Shown: positions 41,100 to 50,936 of the stretch, one piece after another
How positions within the stretch are numbered: position 1 is the first letter of the stretch
Layout: the number at the start of each line of letters is the position of its first letter
DNA from: Candidatus Gottesmanbacteria bacterium
GTDB lineage: Bacteria > Patescibacteriota > Microgenomatia > 2-02-FULL-39-11
Length of the DNA: 64,000 nucleotides
Assembly: GCA_016186795.1 (NCBI GenBank)
Contig: JACPKY010000001.1
Location: forward strand, 129,357-193,356
Direction: 5' to 3'
Notes under the pieces: model-generated
Told to the model about the DNA's origin: nothing
The model's database searches: none
The model's input: the letters and a program-made list of their open reading frames with translations, nothing else
Program-made: the position numbers and the translations under genes

Positions 41100-42026
41100 T
41101 CACAGATGAGCACTCGAAGCAACAAAACGGGATTTGACAAAAAAGTAGCCAACGACCGCAAAAGTAATAATAGGAGAAAGATAGTGTGGAATAGACATGC
41201 CAAATGCATCAGCAATCATAATCGTGCCCAAGAAAAGAATTGAGTACATGGCACCGTTTTTGAGATAGATGTATTTTTTAATCCTTTCAATATTATGCAC
41301 AGTCAGTTCGCGAAGGACGAATGCGCCCAATCCATTTCCCAAAAGGATAAGAGGTACTGACAAGGTGAAGGCAAAAGATCCAAGGACTCCATCGATAGAA
41401 AATGTTGTATCGATAACTTCAAGGTAGAGGATTTTACTGATATCCGACATCCCCCCACTCCCTTTCATGAGTGACTTTTCGGCAAGTTGGGCTTGCTGCT
41501 TAAACCCGTGGGTAATAAAAAATGCCGTTGAGCCAACGACAGCGGAAAATGCCAGAAGCGGTTCAATAGAAATTGCAAACCAAACGATGGTTGTCAAAAG
41601 AACCGATACTACTGCGTAGAACCAGACCCCTTGGGAAAAGATAAACCGTTCTCCCGGAAGACCGAACTGTTTCTCTTCAAGGAAAATCCAATGGAAAAAA
41701 AGAAAGAGTAAGAATACTCCCCCACCCATGAGAAGAAGAGGAGATGATGATTCAATCGATTCAACGATATGGGGGTCACCAGAAAATGTAGCGGTGAAGG
41801 CACCAACCGGACCAAGACCGGGAGAAACCATCCAAACAATAAGAAGAGGAAGAAGTCCTCGGACAATAATGACAGCGAAAAGAAGTCCCCAGAAAAGAAA
41901 CCATCCTCGATATTTTGGCTTCATGGTGGAAAGAACCTCGGCGTTGATGATGGCATTGTCGATACTACTGATTACCTCGAAAAGAGAAAGACCGACAACA
42001 GGAAGGAGAAGCGAAAGAAGATTCAT
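41100..42026 (-). CDS. DUF475 (TerC-like) membrane protein
   Basis: EVISSIDNAIINA, YLEVIDTTFSIDGV, YLKNGAMYSI. Confidence 0.85.
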   Translation of the reverse strand: MNLLSLLLPVVGLSLFEVISSIDNAIINAEVLSTMKPKYRGWFLFWGLLFAVIIVRGLLPLLIVWMVSPGLGPVGAFTATFSGDPHIVESIESSSPLLLMGGGVFLLFLFFHWIFLEEKQFGLPGERFIFSQGVWFYAVVSVLLTTIVWFAISIEPLLAFSAVVGSTAFFITHGFKQQAQLAEKSLMKGSGGMSDISKILYLEVIDTTFSIDGVLGSFAFTLSVPLILLGNGLGAFVLRELTVHNIERIKKYIYLKNGAMYSILFLGTIMIADAFGMSIPHYLSPIITFAVVGYFFVKSRFVASSAHL

Positions 42027-42120
42027 AAAAGGTATTATACCTAAGTTTCTGGGGAAGAAAAAGCATTCCGATTAACTCGGAAGGTTTCGAATTCGCTCAG
42101 GATGACTGCACCTTGCGCGG

Positions 42121-42294
42121 TCACTTCTTCATTACCATAAACTCCCCAACAATTGCTACTGCAAAAACAACAACACCGACCGTCACCGTTGCAAGATCTG
42201 GCCACAAAGCAGCAACTATCAGTCCCAACCCAACACCACCTAATGTATGGAGAAGCGGGTGTGGTTTGAAACACTCTTGCATCATTTTATCCAT
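42121..42294 (-). CDS. 57-aa two-TM small protein (not in the ORF track)
   Basis: MDKMMQECFKPHPLLHTLGGVGLGLIVAALWPDLATVTVGVVVFAVAIVGEFMVMKK; GGGGGTGA SD. Confidence 0.7.
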   Translation of the reverse strand: MDKMMQECFKPHPLLHTLGGVGLGLIVAALWPDLATVTVGVVVFAVAIVGEFMVMKK

Positions 42295-42335
42295 TCTTCA
42301 TTCACCCCCTTCTATAAGATATATCAGCATGATTA

Positions 42336-42632
42336 TTACATTAATTTTTCTGACCAGAAAAATGTGCACCCATCATTTCCAACACGAGCCGAGTGTGTAA
42401 CATTTCCGGCAATAACAAGTTTATCACCCCTGACACAGTGGAATTTTTCCTCTCCAACAACGACATCCATTGATCCAGAAAGAAATGCAAGGAGTTTGGT
42501 TTCGGGATGCTTGTGGGGAGGGTAGATATCACCAGGTCCGTTGGTATAGTGCATCGGGTCAAATCCCTCTGCAATAATTGACCTGGAAATCTCTTCGTCT
42601 TTAAGATTTGCGTAGAAATTTTGATAGTACAT
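42336..42632 (-). CDS. Cupin domain protein
   Basis: HKHPE...GSM...GD...I.GNVTHSA. Confidence 0.8.
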   Translation of the reverse strand: MYYQNFYANLKDEEISRSIIAEGFDPMHYTNGPGDIYPPHKHPETKLLAFLSGSMDVVVGEEKFHCVRGDKLVIAGNVTHSARVGNDGCTFFWSEKLM

Positions 42633-42768
42633 AGAACCTATATTAAAACCTCATTTCTACTGCAACTGTCCAGTTTCGCAACGAAAGCAGGTTTTGATAT
42701 AGGTTCTTCCAAAATTCCTTCCAATCTCAAATGTAACAGTCAAGAATTTGAAATGCAAGTGGGGTCGA

Positions 42769-43524
42769 TTAGACAGAAAGCGAAATGCCGCCAGTATGGG
42801 GAAGAACGATAAGTTCACGTTCAAGAGGGATTAATGTCACCATGCGATCTGGAAATTGTCCGATTTGATACGTTGTGATTGGACGATATCCTCTCATTAC
42901 TGGATAGGAAAAGGGTTCCCCTTCTCCACCAATTTCGATGGCATTCCCGGTCCAAATTGGTTTGATTTCCGTCCAAGAACCACCATTTGTAGGCGACTTT
43001 CCATTCCCATTGAGAATAATTGCATTCAATTCATGTTCTAACTCTTTGAGATTTTCGGCAACCTGCCACCTTTGTATAGGGATACTTGCGGAATTACCAT
43101 TCTGGTTGACCCGAAAGAGTGCTCGGGATCCTGAAGAAGCAAGAGTGACTGTGTACATTTGTCCCTGCTGTAATTGTATTTGTTTTGCTTCTTTCCCACT
43201 TGAAGAAAGTGCAATAGGATCTTGGACTGGAGAAGTATTCAAACCGAGATCCTCTGGTAATCTAACTGATCCATCAATTTGTCTTCTATAAAATTCTGTC
43301 TTATCATCCCGTACAACATAGACTCCTCGCTCATAGGAAACTGTCCGGCCTGTTCGATCGTGTGTCCTAACAACAGGAACAATGCCAACCCTTCCTCCAC
43401 TCACTTCTATCTGGAAAGGAAGTTGCAGAGGTCCCTGCGAGGTTTCAACAGTAGGAGGGGTCGGTTTATGAAAGCCACTTTCTTTTTGTGCTTCGATTGC
43501 TAATTGGAGCTCTTCAGATACCAT
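42769..43524 (-). CDS. Hypothetical protein
   Basis: 251-aa ORF with no recognisable motif. Confidence 0.65.
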   Translation of the reverse strand: MVSEELQLAIEAQKESGFHKPTPPTVETSQGPLQLPFQIEVSGGRVGIVPVVRTHDRTGRTVSYERGVYVVRDDKTEFYRRQIDGSVRLPEDLGLNTSPVQDPIALSSSGKEAKQIQLQQGQMYTVTLASSGSRALFRVNQNGNSASIPIQRWQVAENLKELEHELNAIILNGNGKSPTNGGSWTEIKPIWTGNAIEIGGEGEPFSYPVMRGYRPITTYQIGQFPDRMVTLIPLERELIVLPHTGGISLSV

Positions 43525-43583
43525 GGTATTGATTCAGTTTGAAATCAGAGGTATAGTGTAAGCATAGCATACTCAATAGGGCT

Positions 43584-43916
43584 ATGAAACTTATCGTAGA
43601 ACTCATTATCCGGGCATTTATCTTACTTCTGACAACGTACCTTGTCCCGGGATTCCATATACAGTCCTATACGTCAGCTCTCATTGTCGCAATTGTTCTC
43701 GCCATCTTGAATGTTTTACTCAAACCCCTGCTTCTACTTCTTACTCTTCCGCTTACGATTTTGACATTGGGACTTTTTACATTTGTCATTAACGCAATTC
43801 TTCTTCTTATTGCCGCAAATATTGTCAAGGGTTTTACAATCGACTCATTCATGACCGCAATTATTGCCTCGATCGTCATAACACTCCTTTCTGCGGTAAT
43901 AAATGCATTCCTCTAG
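43584..43916 (+). CDS. 4-TM phage-holin superfamily IV (YvlD/DUF360) membrane protein
   Basis: LKPLLLLLTLPLTILTLGLFTFVINA. Confidence 0.88.
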   Translation: MKLIVELIIRAFILLLTTYLVPGFHIQSYTSALIVAIVLAILNVLLKPLLLLLTLPLTILTLGLFTFVINAILLLIAANIVKGFTIDSFMTAIIASIVITLLSAVINAFL

Positions 43917-43939
43917 AGTAATAATCCAAAGGGAAATAG

Positions 43940-44866
43940 TTAGCGGCTAAATGACCTTGGAAGTTGGAGATGACGGGATTGACTTACCGATTCCGTCGGA
44001 GTTGGTGGGATACTCGTCGGTTGTGGAGTACTCGTTGGATTTGTTGGAAATGGAAATGAAAGTGTCGGTAGAATGGGACGAATCCAACGAAGCGTTGGAA
44101 GTATCAATGTATACGGTGTCGGAGTAGGTATTACGCCAAAGAAATGTATCAGACTATCTCCTCCTATCATGGTTCCATCAATTCCATTTGGGGTGCTGTC
44201 AACAACCGTTGTTGTTCCTCGTAACTGATCCATCCGCCACATGACAACTGTACTATCATCTCCTAGTAAGTCTCCATCATAGGCTCCACTTGACCAAAGA
44301 CCAGCAACATCTCGAACCACTTTGGAAAGACGAACTTCGTCGATTGCCCCTTTGAAACTGGCAGGATTTCCGAATGGTTCCGTATAAGATCCGCCTAAAA
44401 TGATTGTTGTCCCGATGGGCTTTAGTGTCGAAATCGTAATCGTTGGATCGGTCACTTGGGTACCATTGATAAACAGTCTCGTTTTTGTACTATCAATTGT
44501 TACTGCAATATGACTCCATACCCCTGATGAGAGCTGCCCTGAAGTGATAGTCACCTGTCCTCCACTCCCATGTCGATATGTCAAAGACAATGACCCTCCA
44601 TTGATGCTAACTTCATAGGCAAGAACATCTCCTGAGGGAGTACCAACTGAGAGAATCTTTTGGATACCAGAGATTGAATTGGGTTTCACCCAGGCCTCAA
44701 AAGTAAATGCAGGTGGAGGGAAACTATTTGCATTGGTTGCTTTGACGTATCCCCCATTTAACTCCAGATAATTAGAAATAAGTGATTGAGCTTTGGTCTG
44801 GAAAAATATCGGCAATACGAAGGAAAATGAAAGTAATATAACTAAAATTGCAAGGAATTTTTTCAT
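43940..44866 (-). CDS. Secreted LamG/concanavalin-like domain protein
   Basis: FTFEAWVKP, WSHIAVT, LFING, FKGAIDEVRLS. Confidence 0.88.
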   Translation of the reverse strand: MKKFLAILVILLSFSFVLPIFFQTKAQSLISNYLELNGGYVKATNANSFPPPAFTFEAWVKPNSISGIQKILSVGTPSGDVLAYEVSINGGSLSLTYRHGSGGQVTITSGQLSSGVWSHIAVTIDSTKTRLFINGTQVTDPTITISTLKPIGTTIILGGSYTEPFGNPASFKGAIDEVRLSKVVRDVAGLWSSGAYDGDLLGDDSTVVMWRMDQLRGTTTVVDSTPNGIDGTMIGGDSLIHFFGVIPTPTPYTLILPTLRWIRPILPTLSFPFPTNPTSTPQPTSIPPTPTESVSQSRHLQLPRSFSR

Positions 44867-44998
44867 AAAAATATTCGGGAGTAACGAACGGGGCAGAAGT
44901 TTCGATATGATAACCTGCCAAGGAATTACTGTCAAGGGGAAAATTTAGATTGTTGACGAAGCCGTATACATATTCTAATCTTTAAGTAAGGATTACGA

Positions 44999-46597
44999 AT
45001 GGGAAAAATAACCTCAAAAGTCAAAGAGAAAGAATATTCTCGAAATACAGATTTCTACAAATTTACTGCTACTATAGTTCTCGGTATCCTCCTTGTCGGT
45101 GCAACAGTATATATAAACACCATGACGTTTCAGAACCAAACAAGTGCAAGTCGAAATAACCTGAATATTCAACCAATCAAGGAAGTACCTATAACACAGT
45201 TATTACCTTCTTCGGCTCCTACACTTTACCCATTTGGACTGGCTGGATTTACCCTTCTAAATCCTTCACCTCCATACAAGGCATATACCGACTTCATCAA
45301 CCAAAGCGGTGCAAAACTCATTTCACATTCCGTTCGATGGTTGGATATCGAACCTGTAAAAGGCGAGTATAACTTTGAATCTCGAGAGGGAACATGGCTT
45401 TCTGTAGCGATTCCTGAGTATGACCAATATTGTCGTCGAAACGATATGCAATGTACCATATTGTTTGGCAACCCACCAGATTGGGCGCACGAAAAGGCAG
45501 GAACAGGATCAGATTGTCTCCCTATCGATGAAGAGGATTTCGACGCAATGGCAGATGCAGCAGCAGAAGTCGTAAAGCGATTCGGTTCCACAACCTCGGG
45601 ACTACAAATTCTTAATGAGCCGGATTTTGCCCATTGTTATGGAGGATATGATGATCAAAACCAAAATGGCCAAATTGATTATAAAGACTATGCACTGATC
45701 GTGAAAAAAATCTATCAGGCAATTAAAGAGGTTGATCCTTCTTATCCAGTTCTCGTTGGCAGATTTGCTTCAGATCCATCATTTAATCAACATAGCCAAC
45801 TGAATAAAGATCGTGACGGCACAAAAATAAACCTTATCGATTTTCTTCCGCAGTTTCTATCTTACAGTCAACAAGAACTTGGCGGGCAGTATTTCGACTA
45901 CTTGGATATCCACTACTATGAAGGCTCTCATAATCACTCATTTGAGCCATTCCACTCAAAAGACTCGTATGGAGAAGGTGGAGGCGGAATTCGGGGAAAA
46001 ACGTTTTGGGCAAGAGATCTTCTTACTCAATATGGAGGAGAAGATATCCCAATTATTTACTCGGAAATAGGCTATGCAACGTATGGATATCCCGAAACGC
46101 AAACGTATCTTGGGAGACAAGCTGAAGAGGTCTTTAAACTATACGCACAGGGATTATCTGCTGGAGCAAAATCATTAAGCTGGTATTGTATCGGGGATTT
46201 CAGTACAGCGTGCGTACGAACAACCCCATCTGAGAGTGCATTCAGTTTGCGCCTTCTGGATGGATCTTCTAACAATAATCCACCACTTACTCCCCGACCA
46301 TCGTATCGTGCGTATCAAGCGATTGCGAAAGAGTTAAAAGATACCCGGTATAACGATGTAGACGACACGGACGGTATAGAAGGATATCTCTTTGAAACAG
46401 ATGAAAATAACAAAGAAGTTCTCTGGTCGAGATCTTCTTCACCTGTCGAAAAAGTGTTTACCACTTCCTCTTTACACATGTACTCGGCAGTCGGAGAAGA
46501 AGAAAATATTCAAGATGGGGAAACAGATGATCTAGACGGTCAAAAGAATGGTTCTATCACAATCAGTATTTCTTCTCCGACTCTTATTGTTTGGTAA
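44999..46597 (+). CDS. Membrane-anchored clan GH-A glycoside hydrolase (GH5/GH39-like)
   Basis: W..IEP.KG.Y, ILNEP (acid/base), IHYY, YSEIG (nucleophile). Confidence 0.8.
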   Translation: MGKITSKVKEKEYSRNTDFYKFTATIVLGILLVGATVYINTMTFQNQTSASRNNLNIQPIKEVPITQLLPSSAPTLYPFGLAGFTLLNPSPPYKAYTDFINQSGAKLISHSVRWLDIEPVKGEYNFESREGTWLSVAIPEYDQYCRRNDMQCTILFGNPPDWAHEKAGTGSDCLPIDEEDFDAMADAAAEVVKRFGSTTSGLQILNEPDFAHCYGGYDDQNQNGQIDYKDYALIVKKIYQAIKEVDPSYPVLVGRFASDPSFNQHSQLNKDRDGTKINLIDFLPQFLSYSQQELGGQYFDYLDIHYYEGSHNHSFEPFHSKDSYGEGGGGIRGKTFWARDLLTQYGGEDIPIIYSEIGYATYGYPETQTYLGRQAEEVFKLYAQGLSAGAKSLSWYCIGDFSTACVRTTPSESAFSLRLLDGSSNNNPPLTPRPSYRAYQAIAKELKDTRYNDVDDTDGIEGYLFETDENNKEVLWSRSSSPVEKVFTTSSLHMYSAVGEEENIQDGETDDLDGQKNGSITISISSPTLIVW

Positions 46598-46650
46598 CAA
46601 ACTACTCCAAAATCCTAAGAATTAAAAAGTTGTCTTAATATCTTTGTCTT

Positions 46651-46700
46651 TGGTATACTCCCAATCCGTACGGGGGAAAACGTACGAAGCACTTTGACAT
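46651..46700 (+). promoter_or_regulatory. Extended -10 promoter, hairpin and boxA-like element
   Basis: TGG-TATACT; CGTACG-loop-CGTACG; GCACTTTGACAT at 46689-46700. Confidence 0.65.
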
Positions 46701-46724
46701 CATCTTACGGAAAACTTTTCCTTA

Positions 46725-46959
46725 TGATCTTTACTGCAGATCGGAGAGAGACGGAATGTTTTCAAATATAAATAGATAAAAGAAAGACTGCCCCGAATGG
46801 AAATGTCCTTGTTTCTCTATCTTCGGGCACTGCGGGGGTCCCACGGCTTCCGATCAGCCGTTTCCCCACGCTTGCCACTCAGTAAGAGAAACGACGAACA
46901 TTTCCAGCGGGGAAATTTTGTATTACTTCTGCTTCTCCCCGATCTGCACGTAGAGATCA
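46725..46959 (+). ncRNA. Putative structured leader RNA
   Basis: 46725-46750 pairs with 46932-46959 and encloses several smaller hairpins. Confidence 0.5.
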
Positions 46960-47002
46960 AAAAAATCAAAAGGCGAAAGCCTACATTCAGGAGGAAAAGG
47001 AC

Positions 47003-47788
47003 ATGCCACAAAAAAAGAAAACGCAAGAGAGTTCGTGGCTAACACTTGGACTGGTTGTAATCATTGCAATGGCGATCCTCATCGTTTTTGCAACAGCAAC
47101 AGTAGTGATGACGCAACAATCAACCCCAACGTCAACCAGGACAGCAAAACCGGATAAAACATTAGCTTTTTTGCTAACGTCGATCCCGGAGACACGTCGC
47201 GCTTTGCCAACGACGACGTCCCAACTTCGGGATTTGGCGGAGGAAGTGTGGAAAAATCCAAATCCGAAGGATAATGTCCAAGGCTTCACTATCAAAAAAA
47301 ACGGTGAAGCCCGCGTCACAGGTCTCGGACCCCTCTATAACAAGTCAAGCAAGGACGTCATCATCAAATGGGACTACCTTGTTGCCTTGGCCCAATTCAA
47401 CGGGCCATGTAGTAAATATCCCATTACATTTACCGACGACCCCCAGATTTTCCTGGCAACCACTGCGAATGATGATGGATTTATCATTGGGGTCAAGTCC
47501 GAGCGCGATGTAAACATTGCGGTCGCCGCTGCATGCTGGATGCAGCGAATTATTCCGGACTTGAAGTCGGTTAATACAGAGCGCGCAGTCCAAGTGATGC
47601 GGAACTCGATAGGTGTGGGAACCTATCAGTATTGCATGCTCACAAGGACTCCTTATGAGGACTGCGTAAAATTGGTTGTCCAACTGGCGGGAGCCGGATT
47701 CCAGCAAACACCCGACGGGTACAAACTTATGTTGCCAACGTTGTACACCATGGGTGTCCGCGGTTTGTGGCTTGAGCTTAAGCCGTAA
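47003..47788 (+). CDS. Membrane-anchored hypothetical protein
   Basis: AGGAGG SD, one N-terminal TM, followed by a long hairpin (47789-47855). Confidence 0.8.
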   Translation: MPQKKKTQESSWLTLGLVVIIAMAILIVFATATVVMTQQSTPTSTRTAKPDKTLAFLLTSIPETRRALPTTTSQLRDLAEEVWKNPNPKDNVQGFTIKKNGEARVTGLGPLYNKSSKDVIIKWDYLVALAQFNGPCSKYPITFTDDPQIFLATTANDDGFIIGVKSERDVNIAVAAACWMQRIIPDLKSVNTERAVQVMRNSIGVGTYQYCMLTRTPYEDCVKLVVQLAGAGFQQTPDGYKLMLPTLYTMGVRGLWLELKP

Positions 47789-47890
47789 GATGAACTACAG
47801 CAGGGCGGCCGCAAAAGCGGTTCCCATCTTTGCGCTGTCTGCCCTGCTGTTCATCTTGACAGTCATAGAATTCTCAACTACGATCGATGT

Positions 47891-49090
47891 ATGAAGGCAA
47901 AGAAACTTCTTTCTATTTTCCTTTTTGTTCTTCCACTCTTCCTTTTTCTTCCGCTAGCTGCATCTGCTACAACACCTCTTGTTCAAGAGAAAATGCCTGC
48001 AGTTGAAATTAATCCAGATGATATGCCGAGAGACTATCCTCTCATGTATCCTCCTCCAACGATGAATACCGGACTTTATGAGCTTGCCATCTTTGATAAA
48101 AAAGGTGGAGCCTATATCGCCGGAAAAATCGTTTTTGATAAAAGCGACAAAGACCTTCTTGAGGACTTAAACATATTTATTCCCGGCAAAGATGCCCAGT
48201 TTGTAAATGTCGTTCACGAACAGTATGTATATAAAGAAACTTGCTATCCTTGGAAATATCCCCGGCCATTACCAGCTCAAATTCAAGGAGAACAAGTTGA
48301 GCCAACATTTGGAAATTCCACGCCGTCAGCACCAGGAGAGGAAATATCAGTCCCTCCTAGACCTTCAATCATGCCAGATGGGGATGAATACTGTCCCAAG
48401 CAGTATACTCAGGTCTATTCAACGGTTGATCCGGAAGTAACTATTGGAAAAAAAGGAGTCAATGTACGTATTTCAGCAACTGCCGAGGATGATACGTCCC
48501 AAGAGGCTCTTCTTTTCCTCTACAGGCTGCCGAGTGTGGCATTTAACATTTTCTCAAATCACTACTTTCGACTTGATACAGTTCAACTCCCCTTTACCAC
48601 TGCTTCAACTCAGGTAGGAATATTGGTCAAAGACGGGTTACACCTTCGAGGAGCTCCAGGATTTACTGCTGACTATGGCGGAGGGTACGTTCCGAGCTTT
48701 CGACCTTTGGAAAAGGCACGCAATTTAAACCGGGAAGATAATCAAGAACTGACAAATCTCTCCAATGAAATAGCTTACCAAGGAATGATTCGCCGTGGTG
48801 ATTCTGATGTTACTCCCGATTCTTCTTTGACTCTGTCAGGAGTCTACGGGACACATCTTCTCATGCTGTATGTGAAAGAGATATTCTTGGGAATTATCTT
48901 CGTCCTTGTCCTTATTGCAGCAATCTTATGGGCCATAAAATATTTTTTCAAGAACCATCTAAATCTAAGACTTATTCTTATCACGGTCGTCGCAACATTT
49001 TTCGTGACAATCTTTCTTGTTGCATTTATTCTTCTTCTCTTTTTTTACTTTCGAACCACGATTGGATTTGGATACTCTATCCCCGTGTAA
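47891..49090 (+). CDS. Hypothetical protein with signal peptide and two C-terminal TM helices
   Basis: 399-aa ORF. Confidence 0.75.
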   Translation: MKAKKLLSIFLFVLPLFLFLPLAASATTPLVQEKMPAVEINPDDMPRDYPLMYPPPTMNTGLYELAIFDKKGGAYIAGKIVFDKSDKDLLEDLNIFIPGKDAQFVNVVHEQYVYKETCYPWKYPRPLPAQIQGEQVEPTFGNSTPSAPGEEISVPPRPSIMPDGDEYCPKQYTQVYSTVDPEVTIGKKGVNVRISATAEDDTSQEALLFLYRLPSVAFNIFSNHYFRLDTVQLPFTTASTQVGILVKDGLHLRGAPGFTADYGGGYVPSFRPLEKARNLNREDNQELTNLSNEIAYQGMIRRGDSDVTPDSSLTLSGVYGTHLLMLYVKEIFLGIIFVLVLIAAILWAIKYFFKNHLNLRLILITVVATFFVTIFLVAFILLLFFYFRTTIGFGYSIPV

Positions 49091-49285
49091 ATTAAATCCT
49101 CATTTTTCCTGTGTGATACAATAGCCGGAAAATCGGCTGAATACTCACTTGTGTGAGTAGGCTCTTTGGCAGATATACCCTTCTTACTGTATCCCGATTA
49201 AATCGGGATCAGTCTAGAAGGAGTTATACCCGGAACAATTTCAACTGTGAAGGGTATAAGTGGTTCAAACGAACAAGGAGGAACC

Positions 49286-49660
49286 ATGATATCGTTTGAA
49301 ACGGGAATTGTCCTCGTAACGGTTATCAACACTGTCCAGATATTCTTTCTCCCCTTGGGGAAAATTCTCGGCTTCTATGCACGGATTCGACCGAACGTGC
49401 TCGGCATAGAAGTAATGGGGATCAGCTGGATCGTGCGGATACCGTTTATTTTGAGGACGGTACTGATTGTTATGAGTCTGGGGACCCAGTACATCGATCC
49501 ATGCATCACGGTATTTGCGCTTGCGCTGGATATCATTGGATGGATCCTTGCCGCGATAAACTGGGAGATAAAAATCTCGATCTTTCGAGATCTCAAGGAT
49601 TTTATCCCCCTCGTGTATATGTGGATTCTGTTAATCGCAATAATCCTGTCCCCACGATGA
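49286..49660 (+). CDS. Small multi-TM hypothetical protein
   Basis: AAGGAGG SD; boxA-like GCTCTTTGGCAG at 49161-49172. Confidence 0.7.
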   Translation: MISFETGIVLVTVINTVQIFFLPLGKILGFYARIRPNVLGIEVMGISWIVRIPFILRTVLIVMSLGTQYIDPCITVFALALDIIGWILAAINWEIKISIFRDLKDFIPLVYMWILLIAIILSPR

Positions 49661-49818
49661 ATCCACTCCAACCCACAATACCTTTTCAAGAACTTGATTG
49701 CCGCAAGGCAAACACGCAAAGACAATCAGGTTTACGAAAAGGTATTATTTTGGAAAAAATGAATACCTCTTCGACACAGATTGTTTGGCCCTTTCCGGCC
49801 GAAGAGGTATTTAAAGGG

Positions 49819-50232
49819 TCAGGAAATGAGACGGAAGAGATAGAGATAGTAGAGGGGTGGGATAATAAACAATATTCGCTTCCACCATTGGATACTCTCC
49901 CAGTCAATCACGATATGTCCCTCAAATTGTATTCCCAAGATGTAGAATTTGAGGTCAATCTTGATGAACTGGTACCATTCCAGAGCAACAACACATATTG
50001 TGATGGCTCCAAAGTACCACTCTCCTACTCCGCTCAAGAGCGCAAGAACGATAATAATGGGCTGGATAATGAGAACTGCATACATGACTCCCATGATCAG
50101 GAATCCTCCCAGCCCTCGGTCCTCTACATCCCGACCCCGTAATACAAGCTTTTGCAGGTATCCTCCCCAAACAAGTGCGCTTGAGAGAACTGCTGCAAAA
50201 AGCAGAATTCCTTGCAAAAGTATCTGTGGCAT
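49819..50232 (-). CDS. Small multi-TM hypothetical protein
   Basis: AAGGAGG SD; boxA-like GCACATTTCAAA at 50347-50358. Confidence 0.7.
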   Translation of the reverse strand: MPQILLQGILLFAAVLSSALVWGGYLQKLVLRGRDVEDRGLGGFLIMGVMYAVLIIQPIIIVLALLSGVGEWYFGAITICVVALEWYQFIKIDLKFYILGIQFEGHIVIDWESIQWWKRILFIIPPLYYLYLFRLIS

Positions 50233-50549
50233 CTTCGGCCTCCTTTGTGAATTTGAAGACTTTCTCCTCGCAAGAATTCTTTCGCTTCTACTCGCTGCTA
50301 TGGACCTCCTTGTGAAATTTCCTATCCTCTCTAAAGAGAAGGTGTTTTTGAAATGTGCAAGTCTTATCGCGCATGATAAGGCTATTTCTTCCGCACATTA
50401 TACATCGAGAAGAAATATAAGGTGAAATATCGGGTAAAAATATATGAGAGGTGAAAATGAAAGCCAGCAGACGGGAAAAGGAGGATGAAAAAAAGACCTC
50501 GCGGAGAACCGCGCAATAAAGCAACTTTCGTTGCGCGGTTCTCTTGATG

Positions 50550-50936
50550 TTAGTGGGTGCGGATGAATTGCGGATCAATGGGATCAGGCAAAATTATTTG
50601 TAGATCCTTTTGCTGATACCAGGCGCACAGATACTTTTGGGTACAGACCCGGTAATACTTGGGGGGGACAAAAAAAGCATCTGCATCGCCACCTTTGGTG
50701 ATAAATCCTATGTCTCCGAATTGTGGAGGTTCGAATCTCTGATATGGATTTATACACTCATAAGGGACTTCGATCAATTTGTCAAAACAGGCGTAGCTAT
50801 ACTCTCCTTTCCCGAGCAGAACTACTTTTTGACCTTCATTGAAAATGGGCTTGGCAGTGATGATCGGAAGAACGTTCCAGACCGCAAGCGTTAATAGCAC
50901 GCTCGCAAGCCCGATGTAAAACGTGAGCCGTTTCAT
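50550..50936 (-). CDS. Small exported Cys-containing hypothetical protein
   Basis: AAGGAGG SD, signal/TM segment; boxA GTTCTTTAACAA at 51122-51133; promoter TTGAAT-17-TATAAT at 51165-51193. Confidence 0.75.
   Translation of the reverse strand: MKRLTFYIGLASVLLTLAVWNVLPIITAKPIFNEGQKVVLLGKGEYSYACFDKLIEVPYECINPYQRFEPPQFGDIGFITKGGDADAFFVPPKYYRVCTQKYLCAWYQQKDLQIILPDPIDPQFIRTH

Noticed and set aside
43584-43916. Prophage suggested by a holin-family gene, the SLT gene and the integrase-like domain
   Set aside because: No capsid, terminase or catalytic integrase; these genes are dispersed among chromosomal genes.
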